Source: Lingula anatina (lineage: Eukaryota > Animalia > Brachiopoda). Taken from it: a stretch of 64,000 nucleotides of DNA. Of this stretch, positions 35,549 to 47,070 are shown one piece after another. Every line of letters begins with the position of its first letter. Within the stretch, counting starts at the first letter, position 1. Location of the stretch: contig CM120640.1 in NCBI GenBank assembly GCA_051362555.1, positions 23,546,225 through 23,610,224 of the forward strand. Direction: 5' to 3'. The notes beneath the pieces were generated by a model. That model was not told the origin of the DNA. It was given only the letters and a program-made list of their open reading frames with translations, and made no database searches. Both the position numbers and the translations under genes were made by a program.

Positions 35549-37975
35549 ATGGACAATTTGGACGAAAAAGGTTTTTGCTCTCGATCCCTGTCTGTCAGAG
35601 GCAAGTGGTTCCAAACATTTGCAATATGTGCTGCGATGATGGCTTTGGTGAGTGAAGTGAGAGAAAATTCGTCAAGCACCAGCATTAGTATTTGTCCTTC
35701 ATGACATTATGTTTTGTCTTGGTGATAGTCACCCTTATCTACATGTAGTTCGAAGTCTGACTCGTAAGTTTTTGGCCGATTTCAAGGTGTTAAGTCGCTA
35801 TGAACTATACATGATTTATTATGAATTCATATGAATGTTTGCTGACAATTTTTTTCAGAACATTGAGTATATCGGGTGACTAAGAACGTTAATTTCAAAG
35901 TTCAATAATAATGTAATCATCGGACAATTTGATAATTGGATTCAAATCACTTTATGTTACTTCAACTTCAGATTCTATTTCTCCAGCACCATATCTCAAG
36001 AGAACCGATGACATCTGTTTTGGAAAATTGAGTAATTTATTCAGTGCTAAATTTGCTTAATTGAGGGGAGTGTGATTTCGATAGCCCACCATAGGAGAAA
36101 TTGAATTGCACATACTCAGAATTTTGGAATTTTAGTACAAGATAAACTTTATTTACTGACTTATTCCAGGCCTGGGGTCTAACCCAATATGCTAAGAACA
36201 GAACAATACATAAAAGAGTAAAATAACTTGACCTCATTTTTTATGTAGGGGACAAGCGTGTCTATCCCTGGACCCACGTTAATTGATCTGAGGAAACAAG
36301 TTGGTGCCTCCGTGGAATCGGTCACATACGCCATCAGTGGCCGTTCGGCCGGTTTAATTATTGGGTCCATTAGTGGCGGCATCTTCTTCGACCACATGAA
36401 CCATCACTTGATCCTCAGTTTGGTGATGATATTAACTGCTGTAACAAATGTTCTCATTCCGTTTGCTTCACACTTATCGGAACTGGCAGCATGTCTGGCA
36501 GGACAGGGTATAGTGATGGGATGCTTGGATACATGTTAGTATAAAGGTCCTCTGGTCATTTGTCTGTATATACTACCCTTAACTGTTGTCTTTGTTGGAG
36601 GGATTACGGGATTTTAACTATAGCTCTTTGGTGGGAGTAAGACTTAAGTAACATTTGGTTCAGTTGGTAAAGCCAAAACAATCAAAGGCAACCGTATGCC
36701 AGTCAATTCTGTAACTAGGATTATCGGTTGATTTTAAAACGTTCTGTTGAAAACTTACCTCTAATAAAAATATGATCTGGAGATAGAATATAAAAATTCT
36801 TTCTGTTCTTGACCATTTACATTTTAGGTGGCAATGCCATGATTCTGGAACTGTGGGAAAAGAAAAGTGGTCCATACCTTCAGTTGTTGCACTTCTCTTT
36901 TGGCGTTGGTGCATTTGTGGCCCCCATAATTGCAGAGCCTCTACTGTCCAAAAGAATGGACGTTACCAACAATGAAACGTCAAATGTATACGAGCTGCTG
37001 TTTACTGGAGAAGATAATGCATCTCTGCATCGTCATGTAAATGACACCCTGGACATTTGGAGCCAAAACGGAGAAACAATACTATTGAATGCGTATCCAA
37101 GTAACGTTACATATACATCGATCTTCCCCAACGGGTCAAGTGAAATCTCGATCATTAACACAGTGGAAATGTGGACAGAAACACGCATTATATTTGCCTA
37201 CATTAGTGTTGGCATGATTGCTGTACTTTGCACTATACCTTTTATTGCAATTTCTCATCAAGAACACAAATGTTTATACTGGAAAAAGGCAAAGGCACAT
37301 ATTCCAGAAGGAGCCCAAACAACTCGAGAAGATTCCATGTGGTTTAAAGTACCTTTCTTGCTCATCTTTGCATTATATATCCTATTGTATGTGGGCCTGG
37401 AAATTACTTTTGGAACTCTTGTAACCACATTTGGATTTGAGACTCTCCACTGGTCTAAACCTAAGGCGGCAAACCTGTCTACTGTTTTCTGGGGCTGCTT
37501 AGCCACCACAAGAGGCCTGTCAATCATAGTGTCAAAGTTTTTGAGCTCTACTGTAATGACCATGATAGATCTTGCATTAATGTTTCTTACAACGATGATT
37601 ATGTCATTTTTGGTTAACAGTTCGGAGGCAATAATGTGGATTTGCACAGCTCTATATGGGATTGGCATGGCTTCCGTTTCCCCTGCCGGAGTTTCATGGG
37701 CGAATAGGTATGTCCACATTACCGGGAAAGCTGCATCCTTGATTACTGTGGGATCAGCAGTAGGGATGCTTACTTTGCCTGCACTTTTTGGCCACTTCTT
37801 CCAAATCAACGGGATGTTTTTTGCATATATATCATTAGGTGGTGCAGTAGGTAATGTAGTTTTGTTCACTATCCTGTATATATTTGCTCGCTTCCATGGT
37901 GAACGATACCTTCCCGTCCCTCAACAAGTGCAGGATAATAAGGATGAACCTCACCAAGACACCACAGAATTGTAA
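35549..37975 (+). CDS. MFSD4B: MFSD4/NaGLT1-like MFS transporter copy A; exons 35549-35647, 36249-36534, 36828-37975 (510 aa)
   Basis: Family motifs GPTLIDL, GCLDTCGN, LQLLHFSFGVGAFVAPII and YVGLEITFG; multiple TM segments; GT-AG introns in phase 0 and 1. The symbol is family-level only. Confidence 0.88.
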
Positions 37976-40629
37976 CTATCAATATTAAAATTAATTTTTC
38001 AAATTATTTTCCGTCATAACCAAAATCCAGGCGTGTTGAATAAGGGACAACAGAGTAAGAATCAGCCGAGGAGTCAACGGCCATTTAAGAAGCAGTTTTC
38101 GTGATTAAAACGAATATCCTGCGAATATTTTGATTCTGAACACTGCCCCACGTTGCTATACTAGTTGCCAAAAATTTGGGACCTCAAGGACCTAAGATAT
38201 TCATCCCAATTGTTTTAAAGGGGGGAAAATTATTCAAGGTCTTGATATTTAAGGGCCGTTCAGAATGAAGGAGGTAGCACTAGCTATAATGCTCACTGAC
38301 TCAAATGCAATCAGTTTAACTGACTCATGACTGACATATCACGGCATGGCATCACTAGAAAATAAATTAATTGTAATTGTTTGTCAATCTTATATATATA
38401 TTACAAATTTGCAGCATTCCATAAATTTCTCATTTAAGGCCATCTTCTTTGTTAGTGAAAAAACTGAACTGTCATCAATCATCATCCTCACCTTCCACAT
38501 GTCATTGGGTTTTTGGCCATTCTGGCAAGCTTGTACAATATTCTTTCTCGTGTGACTACCCTGTATTCATTCCTAATATAAAGGTTAGTTGGTAACTTTT
38601 ATTATATAATATTATATAATATAATTTATTCTTTTGAGGTCAGAAGCTCCAATAAAACGTGGATTTCAAAACATTATTTATGAAGAAAGATGATAAAGAA
38701 TAGTTGCAACTGCTATTTATCGTTTGCCATAGATGAATTGTGCAACACTCTACAAAGCGTTTTGCTAAAGTATAACGTTAAAATGCATGTCAAAAACACA
38801 GGGACTATAATAGTGATAATGCTGAGCTAGATAACTTTTACCTGAATATTTATCCAACAGGTAATTTCATAATTATATTTCAAGTATTGTTGCTTCGATA
38901 CGTAGGGGAATGTAGTTAATACCATGGGTGATCGTAAAAATAGATGAAGCCCAGACTGCATGAAAAAAATTGAAATCCCACTAGATTAACATAAGATACA
39001 TGCAATGTAGCAACTAGCCCCGATTCAACGCCTGGTTCAATAGTTAAAGACGATAGGACAATACCTTGTGTTGTTAGTTTTTTTGTTTGTCAGGAATGCG
39101 TGATTGCCTGAATGTTTGTGTGAGAGAGAATTCTGGTCCAGAATATGTACACTATATGTTTTTGCCTTTGAACACCAGTAACTGGAGTTTCGCACACACA
39201 TCATTCACTTTAAAACGGGTGAATTGTTGAGAGGGCCAGTAACTAGAAGTTCTAAGATACTCCCCTAGCAAAAAAAGTGTCACTCCTAATGCAATGCGTA
39301 GAGTGATATAGAAAATCATTTAATGAACCAATGGTTATTATTCAACTTTAAAAAGGATTTTTTCCACAAAATGTTACTGATTGTACAACCAATGAAAAAG
39401 CTAACCAGTAGTAAAAAATCATAGCCATATTTTAGTATTTTGTATAGTATCCTCTGGATTGGAGGACGCACCTGACGCGTCTGTGCGTGCATGGAGTCAA
39501 AAAGTTCTGTAACGTGTGCGGAGTGACGACGTTCCACATATTGTGGTTATCCCACAGGTATCCCACAGATCCTTAATGAGGTTCTGATGTAGAGATCAAG
39601 CTGGCTATTGTGGACAGGGGGGGGGTCTGAAAAGTTTTGCATGTAAGCAGTCTGCTGTTTCATTGAATGTACGTGGAGTAGCATTATCATGCTAAATAAT
39701 AAATGGGTAGTCATGTTCCCCAAAGACATTTCCTTTCCAATTGACTTAGTTAAGGTTAATGTCTTTGACCACTGCCAGCTCACCTACACCATTGTAGTCA
39801 ATAGATTCCATACCATGAATTATGTGGGGTGCGTCCTGTCGACAAAAGACAGGAAATTGGGAAGTAACTTCTTACCATCTGTTCCCCAAACTCTTACGCG
39901 TCCATCATTTCTCAAAACGGTTATTCTACTTTCATCTAAGAACAGCTTCATTGCCCAGTTTTGGGCTGCAAGAGTTCTGGTATACCATCTAACTCAACGT
40001 AGACGTTGATCACGGGTCTCCAAGAGCAAAACCGCGCCAAAGTAACAGCGATTGTGGAGACGTCTTCTGACGATAAACTGGAACATATGGTTTGCCCTAT
40101 TCTTGTTAAATGTTGTAGTCAATTAAGTTCCTAAATGTCAGGAAACGTTTTCTACGAGGAAGGCTTGATAACACCATTTCTTATCTGGGTGTTATTTTCT
40201 TCGGTCGGCCTTACCCAGACCAGCTTGCCAATGGTCCCGTTTGGTTATAATATTGCCTTAACCTATAAATGGTTCTCTTCTGGCAATTCAGCAGGTCAAA
40301 AATCCCTCCTGTGTCAACCGCTCGCTAAAAATTGTCTCTCTCTCACTTTGGAGCCGCATATTAAAATAATTGGTGTTGGGGTATATTAATGGTCAAGCTA
40401 GATGTAGGAATGTTTTACTACTCACATCCCTGGTTTACATGATGATCGGTTGTTATATCTAAGTAAAATTTGGTTAACGGGTACCGTGTTGCAATGTACA
40501 TGAGGTAGGGTTGACACTTTTTTGTTAGAGGAGTATACATCATATATCATATGTCATTATTCGGGATATATTCGTCGGGGGATTCCTATACTACGTGATA
40601 CATAACTTCCTTGTTGTTTACATTTTTCA

Positions 40630-40805
40630 TTTTGGGTCACGTACTGAAATGATAAAGTTAACTTGTCTAATAACAAACTTTAAGTATGACATGGAGTTTT
40701 CGGGGGGGGGGGGGGGGGGGGACACTAAGCTCTCGATCCCTGTCTCTCAGAAGCAAGCAGTTCCAAATAGTTCCAACTGTCATTATGATAATGTTGCATG
40801 GTGAA
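40630..40805 (+). pseudogene. Relic first exon/promoter of a fourth MFSD4-like copy (closest to copy C)
   Basis: tttgggtcacgtactgaaatgataaagttaacttgtctaataac...ATGGAGTTTTC(G)n...AGCTCTCGATCCCTGTCTctCAGAAGCAAG..GTTCCAAATA matches ~47010-47140. It has a poly-G expansion and has lost the exon end and donor. Confidence 0.78.
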
Positions 40806-40993
40806 ACGAACTCGTCCCCGTAAATATTAACATCGACATTGAAATCAATTAAAAACAAAATAAAACTGCAGGCTACAGTGGCACTTGAATGCAGGCATGA
40901 ACAGAACGTACTAGTAGTCAGGGTAACCTATACGATGGAAAGGTTTCACTACGATAACAGATACGACCGAAAACTATTCCAGGTGCTAGAAAC

Positions 40994-41386
40994 TTACAGT
41001 TCATTCATGTAATAGATTTCTGCTAACACACATTTGAAACATTGAAAGAATATGTTGCTGTCAATCGAATCAGCTCCAAATCCCCATAGATACCATGTTT
41101 GTATTAAAAATAAATCCAGTCCGACGGCCTGTTTTAGCCAAGGGTACTGGTTCCGTAACCAGTCTGCGAAAGCAACCAACTCATCTTCGTGCAAATGGGA
41201 GTCCTTGTTTGTGTCTATGACGTTGAACCAATCTGAAACTATGTCAAACCAACCAGGACATAATTCAGTTGAATAACACGAACAAGCTTCGTCTATTCGT
41301 CTATCGCGTATCGATGGTGTGGTCTTACCGCTCATAAATAGTGCCGCATGAACCAACATTATTATTGCCACTGTAGTGCCGTTCAT
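40994..41386 (-). CDS. Small predicted secreted EF-hand protein (130 aa), with a 5' UTR intron at 41404-41509
   Basis: Hydrophobic N-terminus MNGTTVAIIMLVHAALFMSG, RDRR site, EF-hand loop DTNKDSHLHEDE and 5 Cys. A CAG|gtaatg donor (41510/41509) and a tttacag acceptor (41404/41403) lie upstream of the ATG. Confidence 0.65.
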   Translation of the reverse strand: MNGTTVAIIMLVHAALFMSGKTTPSIRDRRIDEACSCYSTELCPGWFDIVSDWFNVIDTNKDSHLHEDELVAFADWLRNQYPWLKQAVGLDLFLIQTWYLWGFGADSIDSNIFFQCFKCVLAEIYYMNEL

Positions 41387-41787
41387 GTTTACGGTCCTTA
41401 GATCTGTAAAATTTACATATGTTTCTAAATGTTTAAAATATCCTGACATAAACGCCATAAAACGAGGATTAATTTTAATTTTAACTAAATGCATTTTCAT
41501 TTTCATTACCTGTATATAACTCCTGAGGATGCAACTTGTATGACAGGCAGTTGCTGCAGCATGAAGGTTTCAATCTTTTGTTGGGAACAAGAAATGATAT
41601 AGTGATATTTAACTCTTCAGATAAATGTCTTTGAAGGCCTCATGCATACGGGAATCCATTAACTGGCTTTGAATTAGACGTTTTTGTATTAAAAGCATTA
41701 AAAAGAGAATATCTGATGCAGGTGGCAGTTAATGGCAGCGATGAAGACTTGGGGCGCGAAATGTTGGTGGGGGATCAAGGCGTATAA

Positions 41788-41922
41788 CAGGGGCGTATTG
41801 AGGCCGTCTTCTGGGTCTTCCGGAAGACGGTCAGATTTTACACATTTACATTGACGGGTGGAGGATGGATTAACAAAGATAATTTGGAAGACTGTCAGAA
41901 AATATATCTGGATCCACCCCTG
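41788..41922. mobile_element. Short MITE with CAGGGGCG(G)AT...ATCC(G)CCCCTG ends; internally deleted relative to the copy at 62227
   Basis: Shares aggccgtcttctgggtcttccggaagacggtcagatttt and the 3' end with 62227-62403; terminal inverted repeats. Confidence 0.8.
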
Positions 41923-42575
41923 CAACGTATATGACTTTCGAATGTGACAAGAAAATTCGACAAATCAGCTTTGTTTGTCTTTATTGTATACAGGAAACCT
42001 GTCTAGGCTTACCCAAGATTACGTTTATCGATTTTTACGTTTACCGCTATTAAAAATTTACCTGAATGAGTCTGCATACGAACGTTTCACTGTCTCGTAA
42101 ACTGATAGATAGTGCGCTGATGTTGTTCACGTGAATGTCAAAAATAAAAATGGATTAATATTGTGCGGTAAAATGTTGGAGATTTTTCGATTTTTTTCTC
42201 TCGTCATCGATAAGCCATTGACGTCAAGAGATTCCGGTGCCGAGACAGCAGGCCCAACAATTATTATGAGAGCAAAATGACGGTATGTTGAATCATGTTT
42301 TTTTAAAATATAAGCTGTGAACAAATTATTTCGATCGTTATTTCGAGAATTTCGAGATTCAAATGGAAGAAAAGCCCATAGTAATCACCTTAAATAAAAG
42401 TAAGTATTAGTGAGAGTCACATTCTAAAACAAAGTTTGGTCAACATCAATTTATCAGGGGATTCCACAGGCTTTGCCACGTGATGTATACCTTGTTTCCT
42501 GATTACCTATTACATTTCGAGTCAAGTGCTGAGATGATAGAGCTCACTTTTCCTCTGACGGATTTTAAGGAAAGC

Positions 42576-45500
42576 ATGGACTATTCGGACAAAAACAGTA
42601 TATGTTCTCGATCCCTGTCTGTCAGAGGCAAGCGGTTCCAAACATTTGCAATATGTGCTGCGATGATGGCTTTGGTGAGTGAAGTGAGAGAAAATTCGAC
42701 AAACACCAGCTTTATCATTTGTCCTGACTCCTATCATGACACTGTTTTGCCTTGGTGAAAATCACCCTTATCTACATGTAGTTTAAGTTCATTTACTCGT
42801 TAGTTATTGTTCGATTTCAAGGGCTCACTGAATCGTACAGTCTCTATGCTTTTGTTAAGTTGTAACTTTCGACAATTTTTTAAAAAATCTTAAGCCCGTA
42901 GACCGTAACAAAATCGAGATAGCATTGCGCAATCCACGCACGGGAATTGCACAGGCACTGCACGATCATTGTACGTTGGGCTTGCTGTTACAACAACGCA
43001 AGGCGATCCTACGATAAGCCAGGGTCCCAACTACGTTTTGGACGCACGGTTTTTAGGTTCCTTGCGTCCGGCTAGGACGTAGCTAGATCGCAGGGAAGGT
43101 TTAGGACCTAGGCTTTACAGAGCTGTCAAATGATAAGCCTTGATTACATTTGCCACGGGCGCCGCACGACTAAAGTGTATACGAATTTTTCAAAATCGTA
43201 AGAAGGTACGGGCTACATTTACATAATGTGCGGAGGCAGTGCTACTTCTCCAACATTACCTCGAGGGGAGAGGTGAAAACGTATTTTGTTAGAAAAATGC
43301 TCGTCCGGAGCCCTTTCAATCTCAGTGCAGTTGCCGCACGCCTTATGTACGGCTTCATTATAGATTGACACGCTGTCAGTGCACTATTATATACATTGCA
43401 GCGAGAAATATAAAGGGGGGTATTTTATATTTTCGAGGAGTTATTTTATTTTTTAAAATCAGCACAAAAATACGTGCATTATTAATTAATTAGATGCAGG
43501 AAGAAACAAATTTTTGGTATCTGGATGATAGTAAAGGGTAACAATATCCTTTAAAAAGCTTGTCAAAAGTTTCAGCTTGACAAAATCGTAGAGGCTACAA
43601 GATACAAGAAATCTGAACCAAACGGGACAAGCTCCGACCGATGACTGGACTATTATTCCTGATCAAACTCCAAGAAACCTGTCAAAAGGAATACCTTGCC
43701 GTTTTAGGACCTGGCAGCAGCTAGATGTGGCCAGTCGACCGCTGACCGTTGCAGTGACTCGACACCGATATGAGCGTCTTTTTTGGGCGTACCACTCTTT
43801 CATAGATGATAATTTGAATACTTGATATTACTTCAACTTAGAAAGATTCTTCTTCTCAGGCATCATATCTCAAGAGAACCGATATTGACGCCGTTATGAT
43901 AATATCTATTTTGGAAAACAATCCAATTTTTTTAATGAAACAATTTTGGTTGATAAATGTCACATTTTATTTTTACTGCTTACTTGAGTACTCCTTCGAT
44001 AGCCCACCATGAGACAAATTGAGTTGCACACATTTTGGCATTTATGTACAAAATAAACTTTATTACTCACTCATTTCAAGCCTGGGTCCAAATATGATAA
44101 TAAACATAATGCCATCTTTTTTGTAGGGAGCAAGCGTGTCAATCCCTGGACCCACGTTAATTGATCTGAGGAAACAAGTTGGTGCCTCCGTGGAATCGGT
44201 CACATACGCCATCAGTGGCCGTTCAGCTGGTTTATTTATTGGGTCCATTAGTGGCGGCATTTTCTTCGACCACATGAACCATCACTTGATCCTCAGTTTG
44301 GTGATGATTTTGACTGCTGTAACAAATGTTCTCATCCCGTTTGCTTCACACTTATCGGAACTGGCAGCATGTCTAGCAGGGCAGGGTATAGTGATGGGGT
44401 GCTTGGATACATGTTAGTATAGTGGTCCTTTAATCCTTCTCCTGTATAAACTGCCCTCTATTGTTCTCTTACGGAGGGCTTACGGGATTAGTAGACCTGT
44501 GGTGGGATTAATTAGAACTTATCTAATAGCTAATTGTGTTAATAAAGCCAAACTAGGCCAAAGGCAAGTTGCAGCAACCAGTTGGCCAGCCGATTCGGTA
44601 ATTTGGAATATCGCTTGATTTTAAACTGTGGTATTCCTTTGAAAACTTAGCTATAATCAAAATATGATCTGGATCTGGAATATTTACCATGCACCATTTA
44701 CATTATAGGTGGCAATGCCATGATTCTGGAACTATGGGAAAAGAAAAGTGGTCCATACCTTCAGTTGTTGCACTTCTCTTTTGGCGTTGGTGCATTTGTG
44801 GCCCCAATAATTGCACAGCCCCTATTGTCAAAAAGAATGGACGTTACCAACAATGTCACGTCAAATTTATACGAGTTGCCTTTTACTTTGGAAGAGAAAA
44901 CATCTCTAGATCGTCCAGTCAATGATTTCCTGGAAAACTCAAGCCAAAAAGAAGACCAGTTGCTATTGAATACGTTTTTAAGTAACACTACATACACGAC
45001 AATCTTCACCAACGAGTCCAGTAAAATCTCGATTATTAACACTGTGGAAATGTGGACAGAAACGCGCATTATGTATGCCTACATTGGTGTTGGTATGATT
45101 GCTGTACTTTGTACTATACCTTTCTTTGCAATGTCTCATCAAGAACACAAATGTTTATACTGGAAAAAGGTAAAGGCACATAATCCAGAAGGGGCCCAAA
45201 CAACTCGAGAAGATTCCATGTGGTTTAAAGTACCTTTCTTGCTCATCTTTGCATTATATATCCTATTGTATGTGGGCCTGGAAATTACTTTTGGAACTCT
45301 TGTAACCACATTTGGATTTGAGACTCTCCACTGGTCTAAACCTAAGGCGGCAAACCTGTCTACTGTTTTCTGGGGCTGCTTAGCCACCACAAGAGGCCTG
45401 TCAATCATGGTGTCAAAGTTTGTGAGTCCTACTGTAATGACCATGATAGATCTTGCATTAATGGTACTTACAACGATGTTGATGTCATTTTTGGTTAACA

Positions 45501-45865
45501 GTGCAGAGGCAATAATGTGGATTTGCACAGCTCTATATGGGATTGGTTTGGCTTCCGTTTTCCCTGCCGGAGTTTCATGGGCGAATAGGTATGTCCACAT
45601 TACCGGGAAAGCTGCATCCTTGATTACTGTGGGAGCTGCGATAGGGATGCTTACTTTGCCTGCACTTTTTGGCCACTTCTTCCAAATCAACGGGATGCAT
45701 TTTGCATATATATCATTAGGTGGTGCAGTAGGTAATGTAGTTTTGTTCACTATCCTGTATATATTTGCTCGTTTCCATGGTGAACGATACCTTCCCGTCC
45801 CTCAACAAGTGCAGGATAATAAGGATGAACCTCACCAAGACACCACAGAGACCACAGATTTGTAG
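42576..45865 (+). CDS. MFSD4B: MFSD4/NaGLT1-like MFS transporter copy B; exons 42576-42674, 44127-44412, 44709-45865 (513 aa)
   Basis: Same exon sizes (99, 286 nt) and phases as copy A; TM regions near-identical. Confidence 0.88.
42895..43800. mobile_element. CpG-rich insertion(s) in intron 1 of copy B, probably non-autonomous TE-derived
   Basis: Intron 1 is 1452 nt in B versus 601 nt in A, with homologous flanks on both sides. No clear TIR or TSD identified; boundaries are approximate. Confidence 0.4.
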
Positions 45866-47070
45866 CTTTCAATATTTGAAATTATTTTAGCTCACAATCG
45901 AAAATAGGGTGTGCAGAAGATTATGAAATATTGGCCAAGGAATAATATGGCCATTTTGGATACTGTTTTCATGACTGAAATGAATATCCTATTAGACTTT
46001 TGATCCGCGTCTCTGTCACACGTTGCTAAAAAAACTGGGAGCTCATCAACTTAACATATATTCACCCCGATTGTTATAAGGGGACAAAAGTTATTCAAAG
46101 CCTGGGCATTATGTAATATCTATGGTTCAACATTATATTTTCTTAAGTTGACCACCACTGAGAAATCGCCACATTTTTAAATGAAATAATTCCGTCCCCA
46201 TATTATCACAGACAAAAACCTTTTTGAGTTGCATTTCATTCTGAGATAGGCTTTGCAAGACCCGCATGTTGCATCGAGACACACAAACTGTGGATTTACG
46301 GTCACTACCTAATACATACCATATTTGCTTCCATAATCTAGGATTCATTAATTGATAAATAACCGTTTATTCGTTATTTTTCAATGACTAAACGTATTCA
46401 TGAGACATGTAAAGTAAAAAAAAAAGTCAGCCTGTCATAATTGATATATTGTGGTATGGTACCACGACAATATCACTAGAATTCAAGTGCATGTGTATGT
46501 AACTTAAATACACTTTTGCTAATCATATGGAATATTGATTTTGTAGCATTTTTTATACACAACTCGTCGCGCTGACATTGTAGGGATACAGTTAACGTAG
46601 TTTTTAGTGCTTCGTGATATGAGATTCTAATATTTAATTTTTTTTAAATGTCTTTTCTGAATGGACCCATAAATAAAAAATATTAGAATCACTTAAAATA
46701 CCATTGCATATTCTCAGGAAAAGTCGAAAGGGAGTACAAAGGCAACCAGTCGCTACTGGGGGTGGGTCATCTGTTTCTGCTCTTGTAAAAAGGGGTGGGC
46801 CATGGATTATGGTGGCAAATTAATGGGGGAGGTCCCATAAAAATAAATTTCTGTTATATGATTCCCCCTGGACTTTTTTAATCATTTAGTCTAAAAACAG
46901 GTGCTTAGTTGAGAGGGCCAGTAGGTAAAAGTTGTAATACATCATATAACATTATCTATCCACCATATCTTGTTTGCTTTTACATGTCTTGTTTGCCTTT
47001 ACGTATGTTATTTGGGTCAAGTGCTGAAGTGATAAGGTTCACTTGGTTAATAACGGATATTTCGTATGCC

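Noticed and set aside
37258-37869. 203-aa antisense ORFs (also 45139-45750 and 49672-50163)
   Set aside because: Shadows of the hydrophobic MFSD4 coding strand; they recur only because the genes are duplicated.
41387-41506. N-terminal 40 aa of the 170-aa ORF (MKMKMHLVK...)
   Set aside because: Mostly inside a GT-AG intron (41404-41509); the plausible start is the ATG at 41386.
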